Part shown: one piece after another, positions 1 to 7,772 of the stretch
Numbering within the stretch: the stretch's first letter is position 1
Layout of the letters: the number at the start of each line of letters is the position of its first letter
Translations under genes and position numbers: made by a program
Assembly: GCA_949287785.1 (NCBI GenBank)
Contig: CASEHR010000094.1
Location: 1-25,404, forward strand
Direction: 5' to 3'
Length of the DNA: 25,404 nucleotides
Source: an uncultured Bacillota bacterium
GTDB lineage: Bacteria > Bacillota_I > Bacilli_A > Erysipelotrichales > Erysipelotrichaceae
Notes under the pieces: generated by a model
What the model was told of the DNA's origin: nothing
What the model saw: only the letters and a program-made list of their open reading frames with translations
Database searches by the model: none

Positions 1-260
1 ATGACAAAGACACCCTGCTTCATAAAGTACTCCAGCCATTTGTCCAGTATAGCTGGATCTGCCATATCTTTCTTAGTCAGAACCAGAAGCCTTTTCTTAT
101 CCTTGGCCAAACGTTCGATCAGAGGGTTTGCGCTGGCTAAAGGTGCTCTGGCATCCCTGAGTTCGATCACCAGATCCACAAGCTTAAGATTTTCCTGCAT
201 CTGACGACGCGCCTTTTCCATATGACCAGGAAACCATTGGATCACTTTTCCTTCGCTCAT
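1..260 (-). CDS. rbgA: Ribosome biogenesis GTPase RbgA/YlqF, N-terminal part (runs off the window)
   Basis: Not in the ORF track. Manual translation from ATG at 260 gives MSEGKVIQWFPGHMEKARRQMQENLKLVDLVIELRDARAPLASANP...LVLTKKDMAD, with the hallmark IQWFPGHM and DAR-P motifs. SD AGGAGG at 265-270. Usual position downstream of rplS-lepB. Confidence 0.95.
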   Translation of the reverse strand, partial: MSEGKVIQWFPGHMEKARRQMQENLKLVDLVIELRDARAPLASANPLIERLAKDKKRLLVLTKKDMADPAILDKWLEYFMKQGVFV

Positions 261-276
261 CTTTCCTCCTTTGTAC

Positions 277-1320
277 TCATAAAACAATTTTGACTGTCAC
301 AGCCTTTTGTCTCTGTCCGCATTTCTCAGTGTAAAAATAATGATCGATGACGAATCCGTTATCCAAAAAAGCCGCTAAGACATGACCGCGATCACATTCG
401 AACGAATCATACAGAGTAGTGACCCCGTTATTTTTAGCCTCTTCCAATATAAGATACAGCGCCTTATCAAAGTATCCGTGATGCCGGTATTGCGCTTTGA
501 TGATGATATCCAGATAACACCGGTCATCATTATGATAATAAGCACCGATCCCGATATATGCGCCCGACCTGTCATCCTTTATATAATACAATTTATCATT
601 ATTTATCTGTCTTTTCCGATATCGCTGAAGCAGATCGTCTTTACACAAAAAGATCCTGCCTGTCTTTTCATCGTAATTATTTGCGCTGATTTTATATCCC
701 TTGTTGTATGACATCGTCAGCTCATCGGCATAAAGCTCGATCTCAAAATCATCATCGATACCCGGCTCATAAAGACTGATAGCTTTATACAGATGACAAC
801 CGGTATCATGATCACAGAATACGCCGATCGCTTCAAGATAGGCGAAGATGATCCGGGGACCAATAAAACTCATACCTCTTTTTTTAAGATCATCGCTGAT
901 CCTGACGGAAATGTCATTGCTTGTAAGACCATTATAAAAGTATTTGCGTCCTTTGGTATATACTCTGAGATAATCGTAAAAGGAACCAAACTCCGCACTT
1001 ATCGCTTTGAAGATCCTGGCATTTTGAATACTGGCTCTGATCTTAGCACGATTATGAATGATATTTTCGGTTTTAAGCAAGCGTTCAACATCTTTTTCAT
1101 CATATCCGCATACTTTCCCGATATCAAACCCATCATAAGCTCTTAAAAAGAAAGCGCGTTTATCAAGGATACACTTCCATGATAAGCCCGCTTGAAAAGA
1201 CTCCAGTATGAGCATCATAAAGAGATATTGGTCGTCAGTTCTCTTTCTGCCCCATTCTTCTTCGTGATATTTTACATATATCGGATCACTTGTATCTAAC
1301 CAATGACAATACATGATCAA
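277..1320 (-). CDS. tag: Fusion of DNA-3-methyladenine glycosylase I (Tag, about residues 1-178) and a C-terminal GNAT-family acetyltransferase-like domain
   Basis: Tag motifs: YCHW, YHEEEWG, LILESFQAGLSW, IIHNRAKI, DLKKRGMSFIG, DHDTGC (Zn ligands C/H...H/C). The C-terminal part has a GNAT-like beta strand followed by YRHHGY and AFLDNGF. Start is TTG at 1320 (overlapping the lepB stop) or ATG at 1314. Confidence 0.85.
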   Translation of the reverse strand: MIMYCHWLDTSDPIYVKYHEEEWGRKRTDDQYLFMMLILESFQAGLSWKCILDKRAFFLRAYDGFDIGKVCGYDEKDVERLLKTENIIHNRAKIRASIQNARIFKAISAEFGSFYDYLRVYTKGRKYFYNGLTSNDISVRISDDLKKRGMSFIGPRIIFAYLEAIGVFCDHDTGCHLYKAISLYEPGIDDDFEIELYADELTMSYNKGYKISANNYDEKTGRIFLCKDDLLQRYRKRQINNDKLYYIKDDRSGAYIGIGAYYHNDDRCYLDIIIKAQYRHHGYFDKALYLILEEAKNNGVTTLYDSFECDRGHVLAAFLDNGFVIDHYFYTEKCGQRQKAVTVKIVL

Positions 1321-1913
1321 TCAAAGCCGATATCGGATAACGGCCATAAGGTAAGAACTCCTAAAGCCATGACATCATCAGTGGTAAATGGGCCATAGTA
1401 TCTTGAATCCCTTGAGACATTGCGATTGTCTCCGAGCATGAAATACTCATTATCCTTTAAAGTGACGGTAAAGTCCTCGGTGTATACCTCATCACTCAAA
1501 AAGGGTTCTTCGATGTACTCACCGTCGATATAGAGCTTATTGTCACTGTATTCGACTGTTTCACCCGGAAGACCGATGACTCTTTTGACGATGCGATCTT
1601 CTGTCTTTGGACTGTCGATGACCACGACTTCAAAACGATCGATGCCAAACCACTTGGTGAAGATACCGCTAAAGCCAAAATCACCGTCGTGCAGATTAGG
1701 ATACATACTCGACCCGCTGACTCTGACCGGTATGGCAACAAAATTGATCAATATGACAATAATGATAAGACTCACAAGGATATCCTTGAGCAGATCAAAG
1801 AGAAAATCACTCTTTTCTTTCTTTGGTGCTTTTTTCTGTGGCTCATCCGGGATCAGCGGTGTGATCTCCTGCGCCTTGTATTCTTTTGTCTTTTTCAGGT
1901 TGTTTTCTTCCAT
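1317..1913 (-). CDS. lepB: Signal peptidase I
   Basis: N-terminal TM helix, catalytic Ser box VSGSSMYPNL, Lys box IVKRVIG, GDNRNVSRDSR; SD GAGGT upstream. Confidence 0.96.
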   Translation of the reverse strand: MEENNLKKTKEYKAQEITPLIPDEPQKKAPKKEKSDFLFDLLKDILVSLIIIVILINFVAIPVRVSGSSMYPNLHDGDFGFSGIFTKWFGIDRFEVVVIDSPKTEDRIVKRVIGLPGETVEYSDNKLYIDGEYIEEPFLSDEVYTEDFTVTLKDNEYFMLGDNRNVSRDSRYYGPFTTDDVMALGVLTLWPLSDIGFD

Positions 1914-1924
1914 GACTTACCTCT

Positions 1925-1955
1925 AATAAAACAAGGCCGCACTCAGGCGACCTTG
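1925..1955 (-). terminator. Rho-independent terminator after rplS
   Basis: Minus strand CAAGGTCGC-CTGAGT-GCGGCCTTG followed by TTTTATT, starting 4 nt after the rplS TGA. Confidence 0.75.
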
Positions 1956-1959
1956 GTGA

Positions 1960-2307
1960 TCAGCGAACTTCTTTGAGTCTCGCAGCTTTTCCTGTGCGTC
2001 CTCTTAAGTAATATAGACGTGCTCTTCTGACTTTACCTTTGCGGATGACAGTTACATTCTCAACGATAGGTGAATGCATCGGGAAAGTTCTTTCAACACC
2101 GACACCGCTGGATACCTTACGGACTGTGAATGTCTCACCAATGCCGCTGCCTTGGACCCTGATGACCGTTCCTTCAAAAGCCTGAACACGAGATTTGTTA
2201 CCTTCTTGGATCCTTACATCTACTCTTACCAAGTAGCCGGGACGAACTTCGGGACGATTTTCCTTCAATTGACCCTTCGTCACTTCTTCAACTAATCTTA
2301 AATTCAT
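1960..2307 (-). CDS. rplS: 50S ribosomal protein L19
   Basis: [39 protein letters not shown]; SD AAGGAG. Confidence 0.99.
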   Translation of the reverse strand: MNLRLVEEVTKGQLKENRPEVRPGYLVRVDVRIQEGNKSRVQAFEGTVIRVQGSGIGETFTVRKVSSGVGVERTFPMHSPIVENVTVIRKGKVRRARLYYLRGRTGKAARLKEVR

Positions 2308-2330
2308 ACATACTCCTTCTTTAATACATC

Positions 2331-2363
2331 AACGTTCATATGAAGACCTCAAAGCGGAACATT
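2331..2363 (-). ncRNA. L19 leader (ribosomal protein autoregulatory RNA element)
   Basis: Minus strand AAUGUUC-CGCU-UUGAGG-UC-UUCA-UAU-GAACGUU: a basal stem, a CGCU internal loop and an upper stem directly upstream of the rplS SD. This matches the Firmicutes L19 leader pattern as I recall it. Confidence 0.75.
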
Positions 2364-2381
2364 GATCGCCTAAGCTTTGAT

Positions 2382-2410
2382 AGTATACAATAACCGCAAG
2401 TTTAGCGCAA
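2382..2410 (-). promoter_or_regulatory. SigA-type promoter for rplS
   Basis: TTGCGC (2410-2405), 17 nt, TATACT (2387-2382), placed just upstream of the L19 leader. Confidence 0.7.
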
Positions 2411-2555
2411 GACCTTTAATGATCGGCCCGATACTAAAAACACGCCGGCTTTAAGCCGATCTTCTTTGTCTCACCTTTAGATATCGCACTTACGCAAAAC
2501 GCTGTATACATTAAATATAATACAATTTGTAGTATCGATATCATATAATAATCTC

Positions 2556-3077
2556 ATGGATATAAATGAAGAGATAAAAAGAAATAAAAGCCGGCACCGC
2601 CAGATCCTGATCGATAAGGATTCACCGTATCTTCAAAGACTGCGCATGATCATCGACACCAAGAATCACAAGTCTCTCATTACCTGGGGTCTTGCTTTGG
2701 CGAGTGAAAGCATCGCGATCTATGAGACCAAATATCAAAGCGGCATCGCTCAATATGCATATGACCTTACCTGCCTTTGGGCAAGAGGTGAGATCAAAAT
2801 GCCAAGAGCCAAGAAAGCGATCCTAGAATGTCATGCCTTGGCGAAGTCATTAGACGATAAAGCTGATATCGCTTTGGTCCATGCGATCGGACAAGCTTTA
2901 TCGATCGTTCATACCAGAGGTCATTCGTTGGGTTATCCGATCTACGATCTTACATATCAGATCTTAAAAAACGACACCAAAGATATCAAGCCGATACTGG
3001 ATAGGCGGATGGATCATTATATCGGTCTGTTCGATCAACTTGTGATCGATAACCGGTGGGCATCCTTTATCGTTTGA
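2556..3077 (+). CDS. Imm5-like (putative immunity) alpha-helical protein, orphan
   Basis: 173-aa ORF filling the trmD-rplS gap. The segment WARGEIKMPRAKKAILECHALAK...HAIGQALSIVHTRGHSLG resembles the Firmicutes Imm5-like family (recognised from memory, not searched). It is the only plausible plus-strand gene here. Confidence 0.65.
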   Translation: MDINEEIKRNKSRHRQILIDKDSPYLQRLRMIIDTKNHKSLITWGLALASESIAIYETKYQSGIAQYAYDLTCLWARGEIKMPRAKKAILECHALAKSLDDKADIALVHAIGQALSIVHTRGHSLGYPIYDLTYQILKNDTKDIKPILDRRMDHYIGLFDQLVIDNRWASFIV

Positions 3078-3789
3078 GTTCTTCAGCCAGTTCTCTTAAC
3101 AATTCTTTTTCTTCAGCGGTAAAACGATGTTTTTTCAAAAGATCACGACGATATTTGATCGTCTCATATAAAGCCATTTTTTTACGATAGCGTGCGATCT
3201 TTTGATGATCACCACTCAATAAGATATCCGGTACTTTATTGCCGTTATAATCATAAGGTTTGGTATATTGCGGATATTCCAAAAGGTTGTCATCATATGA
3301 TTCAACATCTAAAGAATCCGGATTTATGACCTCTTTTTTTAATCTGATGATCGAATCAGCAATGACCATGCTGGCTAATTCACCGCCGGTCAGGATATAA
3401 TCACCGATCGAGATGTTTTCATCTACCAAAGCCGAGACTCTTTCATCTACTCCTTCATAATGACCGCAGATAATGGCGATGTGCTCCTTTTCAGCCAGAG
3501 CTCTTGCCTTGGCTTGAGTGTATGGTCTAGCTTTGGGTGAAGTCAGTAAGACATAAGGATCGCCATCGATGCTTTTAATGGCCCGATCGATCGGACCGAC
3601 TTGCATAAGCATGCCGGCACCGCCGCCATAGGGCGTATCATCGACATGACGAAACTTGTATACCGAAAAATCACGGATATCGATAATCTCGATATCAGCA
3701 AGCTCTAAAGCTAGGGCTCTTTTGATGATCGATGTATCCAGAAAACCTTCAAACATCTTTGGGAATAGAGTCAGTATCGATATCTTCAT
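3067..3789 (-). CDS. trmD: tRNA (guanine37-N1)-methyltransferase
   Basis: VDDTPYGGGAGM, ICGHYEGVDER, SIGDYILTGGE, LLEYPQYTKP, VPDILLSGDH. Confidence 0.99.
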   Translation of the reverse strand: MKISILTLFPKMFEGFLDTSIIKRALALELADIEIIDIRDFSVYKFRHVDDTPYGGGAGMLMQVGPIDRAIKSIDGDPYVLLTSPKARPYTQAKARALAEKEHIAIICGHYEGVDERVSALVDENISIGDYILTGGELASMVIADSIIRLKKEVINPDSLDVESYDDNLLEYPQYTKPYDYNGNKVPDILLSGDHQKIARYRKKMALYETIKYRRDLLKKHRFTAEEKELLRELAEELKR

Positions 3790-4289
3790 AGCAGACCTTC
3801 AACTGTTCTGATCCTGATATATCGATCTTCAAGATCGACTTTTTCAATAAAATGACCGATAAAAGGTACCAGCCTGACAATACCATCAACCTTCTGGATC
3901 CTGATGAAATTATAGGCAGGACCTTCTGTGACTTCGATTACTTTACCGACCATCACATCCTGATCATAGACCGCAAGACCGATCAGATCACTGAAGTAAT
4001 ACTCGCCATCTTTTAAAGGACTGATATCCGCTTTAGCTTTATACAGATCCAGGCCTTTATACATCTCAATATCGTTGATATCATTGATATCTTTGAATTT
4101 GACGATGAGATCACCCTTGTATTCGCGATATCTTTCAACGACAAAAGGATGATAGACGTCATCTTTCAAAAGGTACACTTTCGATCCTTTTTTATAGCGT
4201 TCTTTAATGAAATCAGTGTCGATACTGACTCTGATCTCGCCTTTTAAGGCGTATGTGTTCAAATATTTACCGATATAAACATATTCCAT
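3786..4289 (-). CDS. rimM: Ribosome maturation factor RimM
   Basis: IGKYLNTYALKGEI, GEYYFSDLIGL and a C-terminal PRC-barrel-like segment; ATGA overlap with trmD. Start is ATG 4289 (MEYV) or 4298. Confidence 0.95.
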   Translation of the reverse strand: MEYVYIGKYLNTYALKGEIRVSIDTDFIKERYKKGSKVYLLKDDVYHPFVVERYREYKGDLIVKFKDINDINDIEMYKGLDLYKAKADISPLKDGEYYFSDLIGLAVYDQDVMVGKVIEVTEGPAYNFIRIQKVDGIVRLVPFIGHFIEKVDLEDRYIRIRTVEGLL

Positions 4290-4306
4290 AGACTGCATTA
4301 TATATT

Positions 4307-4329
4307 AAAAAAGGTGCTGATTGCACCCT
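4307..4329 (-). terminator. Terminator-like hairpin between khpA and rimM
   Basis: Minus strand AGGGTGC-AATCA-GCACCTT-TTTT overlapping the khpA stop. Confidence 0.65.
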
Positions 4330-4579
4330 AAATATTAATAGCTTCAAACTTGATGCTGATGTGCTTTTTGCCATGCGGCAAAGCCTGCATCATCGTTCTT
4401 AAGCTCTGAGCCATGACCCCTTTACGGCCGATCAGACGTGACAGATCACCTTCGGGAGCATAGACATAGATGACGATCTCCCGTTCATCCAGACTAGGCA
4501 TCTCTTTGACAACGACGCTGTTTGGCTCAGTACACAGTGGCTGTACAAGTCCTAAAAGGACTTCTTCGATATTGGTCAT
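4328..4579 (-). CDS. khpA: KH-domain RNA-binding protein KhpA/YlqC
   Basis: 83 aa, RLIGRKG (GxxG loop), canonical position between rpsP and rimM; TAATG coupling with rpsP. Confidence 0.9.
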   Translation of the reverse strand: MTNIEEVLLGLVQPLCTEPNSVVVKEMPSLDEREIVIYVYAPEGDLSRLIGRKGVMAQSLRTMMQALPHGKKHISIKFEAINI

Positions 4580-4845
4580 TACTTCTTACCTTCCAGATAC
4601 TTGGCCATGATACCTTCTTTTTTGAAGATGCTTTTGACTGTATCTGATGGAATAGCGCCCTGATTCAACCACTTAAGAGCCTTTTCTTCATCGATATCGA
4701 TGATAGCTGGATCTTTAGTTGGGTTATATGTACCGACGACCTCGATATTACGTCCGTCACGACGAGCACGTGAATCAGCAGCTACAATACGGTAAAATGG
4801 AGCTTTCTTTGCACCCATACGCAAACATCTCAATTTAACTGCCAT
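4579..4845 (-). CDS. rpsP: 30S ribosomal protein S16
   Basis: [32 protein letters not shown]. True start is ATG 4845 with SD AAGGAGG at 4854-4860. Confidence 0.99.
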   Translation of the reverse strand: MAVKLRCLRMGAKKAPFYRIVAADSRARRDGRNIEVVGTYNPTKDPAIIDIDEEKALKWLNQGAIPSDTVKSIFKKEGIMAKYLEGKK

Positions 4846-4875
4846 AAACAAGACCTCCTTTTTTCAAACATCAGT

Positions 4876-4904
4876 ATCATACGTAAATAGCGGTACTATG
4901 TCAA
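4876..4904 (-). promoter_or_regulatory. Near-consensus SigA promoter for rpsP
   Basis: TTGACA (4904-4899), 17 nt, TATGAT (4881-4876). Confidence 0.88.
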
Positions 4905-4918
4905 GTATTTTTACTTAA

Positions 4919-6619
4919 CTAGTAGCTGAAATCATTTAAAACATAGGTGTATAAAAGATTGATCGGCATCGGACCATGGGCGAGGATGGCGGTATGGAAA
5001 TCAAGATCAGATATGGTCTTGCCGGCTGCTTCATTGACCTTTTGATGAAGATCTTTGATCATAGCGCCGCTGATATAGTATTTGATAAATATACCGGGCG
5101 ATAGCTGCAGCTGGCGTATGAGCGGTGATATGACCTCGCTGTCTTTTCCGACACCTATCATCTGAGCTAGGACATCTCTGCCGTCTTCACCTGAATAATG
5201 CATCTTGTAATCACTCAATATACAATTCAATGTGAGATAAGTATTAAGATCTTTTTCATAAGATGCAAGCACCGGTTCATCAGCATATCCGGCGCTGTAC
5301 TCTTCGACATAATTGGCATACCCTTCCGTATAACCGGCGATGTTCAGAATCCTTATGATATCGGGTGTCTTGTTGATTGTGGCATCGTAGATGTTCTGAT
5401 ACATATGGCCGGGGTAACTTTCATGTGCGATCGTCAAAAAATCGCTGTCGCTGTAATCACCGACGAGTGTCAATTTCTGATCGCCGAGGGGATCATCTAA
5501 AGCTGCCAGGACATAAAATGCGGAAGTAGCTCCCAGAAGATCAGCCATCGCGTCGGGAGCGACGATCATCTCATAGTCAACATCTTCGATCTCTGGGAAA
5601 TCATCTTTCATCGCATCCTTGATATGATCGATGACGGCATTGGGGTCGTTACCATCAAAAATCGGCCCTTCTGGAATATCATCATAATCAGCGATCCTGA
5701 TAGCATATGTATCTATCAGACTTTCGACATAGTTCAGATAAGCTTCCGGGTCATCAAAGCCGGTATATTCCCGGATCAATGCTTCATAGTACTCCTTACC
5801 GTAAGGCATGTCGTACAGTGTGACGCCTGTGACCTGTTTGATATCCATTTGTTGCAGACCATCACGTATCTGTGTATAAAAGTCATCGATCTTCTCATCG
5901 ATATCAGTTGATATCTGGGTGATATAAGCTTTCTTTGCAGAATCTTCAAGATCAGTGGCACCGATCTTATCGATAAAGCTGTCTTTTAAGAAGGTATAAT
6001 CACCATTTATCAAGACAGAATCGATGTTGTTTATGGTTATCGCCACTTCCTCCGGCGGCATACCGTATCCCTTGTTCTGTCTTTCCCTCTCAAAAGCAAG
6101 CAACTCCTCACCGTATTCATCCAATGTATCCAGCAAGTAGATATAGTTCTCGACATCTTGACGGTCATTGATATTGAAATAGTAAAAAGTAATGAAGATA
6201 TCCGATAGATTCCCGGTGTAAGCGCCGAGAACATTATTGGAAAGATAATAGAAAGGCTCTTCATACTCTTCGGCGATCGGCTCAAAAGCCCAATCAAGGA
6301 CATCATACGATTCCTTCAGATCTTCGTTCAGTCTTTCTCTTTCAAAAGCGTGCAATTCTTCGTAAAGCTGGTCGGAAAGATCGATAGATCGCCTGTTTTC
6401 CTCCAATGAATATTCAGGCCAGCTCACTCTGACCTTTTCAACGCCTTTGGTTTCGGCATCGAGGTACAGCTGATTGAAACCGATATCGCCGGGTTCCAGG
6501 ACTCTGAAGACAATTTCATCGAGCCATATTCTGAAAGCCTCACTTTCATCAGTGCTGGTACAGCCAAATAAGGTAACGGCTAAAAGAAAGCAGAATATTA
6601 AAGTCAGTATTTTCTTCAT
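4919..6619 (-). CDS. DUF885-family lipoprotein (putative metallopeptidase-like)
   Basis: From ATG 6619: signal peptide MKKILTLIFCFLLAVTLFGC with lipobox LFGC; IAHESYPGHMYQ, GYTEGYANYVE, DFHTAILAHGPMP motifs typical of DUF885. SD GGAG lies inside the upstream gene end. Confidence 0.85.
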   Translation of the reverse strand: MKKILTLIFCFLLAVTLFGCTSTDESEAFRIWLDEIVFRVLEPGDIGFNQLYLDAETKGVEKVRVSWPEYSLEENRRSIDLSDQLYEELHAFERERLNEDLKESYDVLDWAFEPIAEEYEEPFYYLSNNVLGAYTGNLSDIFITFYYFNINDRQDVENYIYLLDTLDEYGEELLAFERERQNKGYGMPPEEVAITINNIDSVLINGDYTFLKDSFIDKIGATDLEDSAKKAYITQISTDIDEKIDDFYTQIRDGLQQMDIKQVTGVTLYDMPYGKEYYEALIREYTGFDDPEAYLNYVESLIDTYAIRIADYDDIPEGPIFDGNDPNAVIDHIKDAMKDDFPEIEDVDYEMIVAPDAMADLLGATSAFYVLAALDDPLGDQKLTLVGDYSDSDFLTIAHESYPGHMYQNIYDATINKTPDIIRILNIAGYTEGYANYVEEYSAGYADEPVLASYEKDLNTYLTLNCILSDYKMHYSGEDGRDVLAQMIGVGKDSEVISPLIRQLQLSPGIFIKYYISGAMIKDLHQKVNEAAGKTISDLDFHTAILAHGPMPINLLYTYVLNDFSY

Positions 6620-6620
6620 A

Positions 6621-7328
6621 TCAAAACTCCGGTTGGAGAGCGATTGCTGCATCAAACTCAGCCTCGGTTATATATCCTTCCGACAGCATGCACTCCAAAA
6701 CATGTTGCTGCCTTTTATAGGTGTTGGGATTGTTTTGCGACAAGGCGTAGTTTGCCGGGCTGTTAGGAATTCCGGCTAAAAGCGAAGCTTCATAGACCGA
6801 CAGATCATCCGGTTCCTTTGCGAAATAGCCGATAGAAGCATCATAGACATTGAAATAACCATCACCGTAATTGACATTATTGATATACATCTCCAATATC
6901 TCATCTTTAGTGTAGACATCTTCAAAGTCATAAATAAAGAAGTATTCAGCCAGCTTAGCGAAAAAACCCCGGTCATAACCGAAATAGACGTTTTTGACCA
7001 GTTGTTGAGTGATAGTCGAGCCACCTTCCTGCATTGACCCACTGATGATATTGGTCAGTACCGCCCGGAAAAGAGCGATAAAATCGATTCCTTCGCGCTC
7101 GTAAAAGCGTCTGTCTTCAACAGCGACGAAGGCATCTATAAGATCTTCATCGATATCATCAAAATATGTGTATGTCGACGTATTGTCGACCACATACGAA
7201 TAGACATCGACGACGGGTAGACTCTCTTTGGCATCAGTATAAATGTAATAAGCAACACCAAACATACTAACAGCCAGGATCATGATGATCAGAAAGACCA
7301 TCAGCAATAATTTACGAAAGATCTTCAT
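6621..7328 (-). CDS. Monofunctional peptidoglycan glycosyltransferase (GT51 domain only)
   Basis: N-terminal TM helix; AVEDRRFYEREGID, GGSTITQQLVKN, KDEILEMYIN, ASLLAGIPNSP, RQQHVL; no transpeptidase domain. Start is ATG 7328 or GTG 7340. Confidence 0.9.
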   Translation of the reverse strand: MKIFRKLLLMVFLIIMILAVSMFGVAYYIYTDAKESLPVVDVYSYVVDNTSTYTYFDDIDEDLIDAFVAVEDRRFYEREGIDFIALFRAVLTNIISGSMQEGGSTITQQLVKNVYFGYDRGFFAKLAEYFFIYDFEDVYTKDEILEMYINNVNYGDGYFNVYDASIGYFAKEPDDLSVYEASLLAGIPNSPANYALSQNNPNTYKRQQHVLECMLSEGYITEAEFDAAIALQPEF

Positions 7329-7329
7329 A

Positions 7330-7354
7330 AAGAAAAACACGAATCATTCGTGTT
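7330..7354 (-). terminator. Rho-independent terminator after yneF
   Basis: Minus strand AACACGAA-TGA-TTCGTGTT followed by TTTCTTT, just after the yneF TAA. Confidence 0.7.
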
Positions 7355-7357
7355 CAC

Positions 7358-7573
7358 TTACTTCTGATTCATCGATTTCATGACCGCACGGATCTGTGCT
7401 TCACTCGGTTTTCTGCCCATCTGCATGAACATCGCTCTGATCATCTTCTCATTGATCGGTGGATTCTTCTCCAATTGTTTTTGGAAATAATGTCTTGCGA
7501 TGAAGAAACCGGCAACACCGCCAAGAACAACACCGATAAGCAAATAAATAAATGTCGTTAGACCGAATCCCAT
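7358..7573 (-). CDS. yneF: YneF/UPF0154 small membrane protein
   Basis: TM helix followed by LEKNPPINEKMIRAMFMQMGRKPSEAQIRAVMKSM, the family hallmark; SD GGAGG. Confidence 0.95.
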   Translation of the reverse strand: MGFGLTTFIYLLIGVVLGGVAGFFIARHYFQKQLEKNPPINEKMIRAMFMQMGRKPSEAQIRAVMKSMNQK

Positions 7574-7590
7574 AATTTTCCTCCATTTTA

Positions 7591-7739
7591 TAGCCTAAGG
7601 GGTAGTAAAATTTCCCTGACGACCAGGTGGGTGTCCTGTATGATCCTTCAGGATTCCACTTCATGGCATTCTACACCAAACCATAACTCCGGACTCCCTA
7701 ATTTTACATGTAGGAATTTTATCATGTCCCCCTAGGCTC
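7591..7739 (-). ncRNA. ssrS: 6S RNA (SsrS), short variant of about 150 nt
   Basis: Terminal stem AGCCUAGGGG/CCCCUUAGGCU, second stem UAAAAUUCCU/AGGGAAAUUUUA, central bubble, then GGGAGUCC/GGACACCC with the ACACCCACCUG motif typical of Firmicutes 6S RNAs. TATAAT sits 4-6 nt upstream. Located downstream of hisS-aspS, as B. subtilis 6S-1 is. Confidence 0.8.
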
Positions 7740-7743
7740 ATTA

Positions 7744-7772
7744 ATTATAACTAACTTTTCGTCTATCTTTAA
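7744..7772 (-). promoter_or_regulatory. Promoter for the 6S RNA
   Basis: Perfect -10 TATAAT at 7749-7744; weak -35 TTAAAG at 17-nt spacing. Confidence 0.6.

Noticed and set aside
1-204. 67-aa plus-strand ORF in the ORF track
   Set aside because: It is the antisense shadow of rbgA, which is clearly encoded on the minus strand.
2421-2461. Nested inverted repeats GATCGGC...GCCGATC and CGGCTT-T-AAGCCG upstream of the rplS promoter
   Set aside because: Short stems and an ambiguous U-tract. It might end long trmD readthrough transcripts, but the support is insufficient.
7449-7664. 71-aa ORF-track ORF overlapping yneF and the 6S region
   Set aside because: It overlaps yneF out of frame and runs through a structured RNA; no recognisable protein features.
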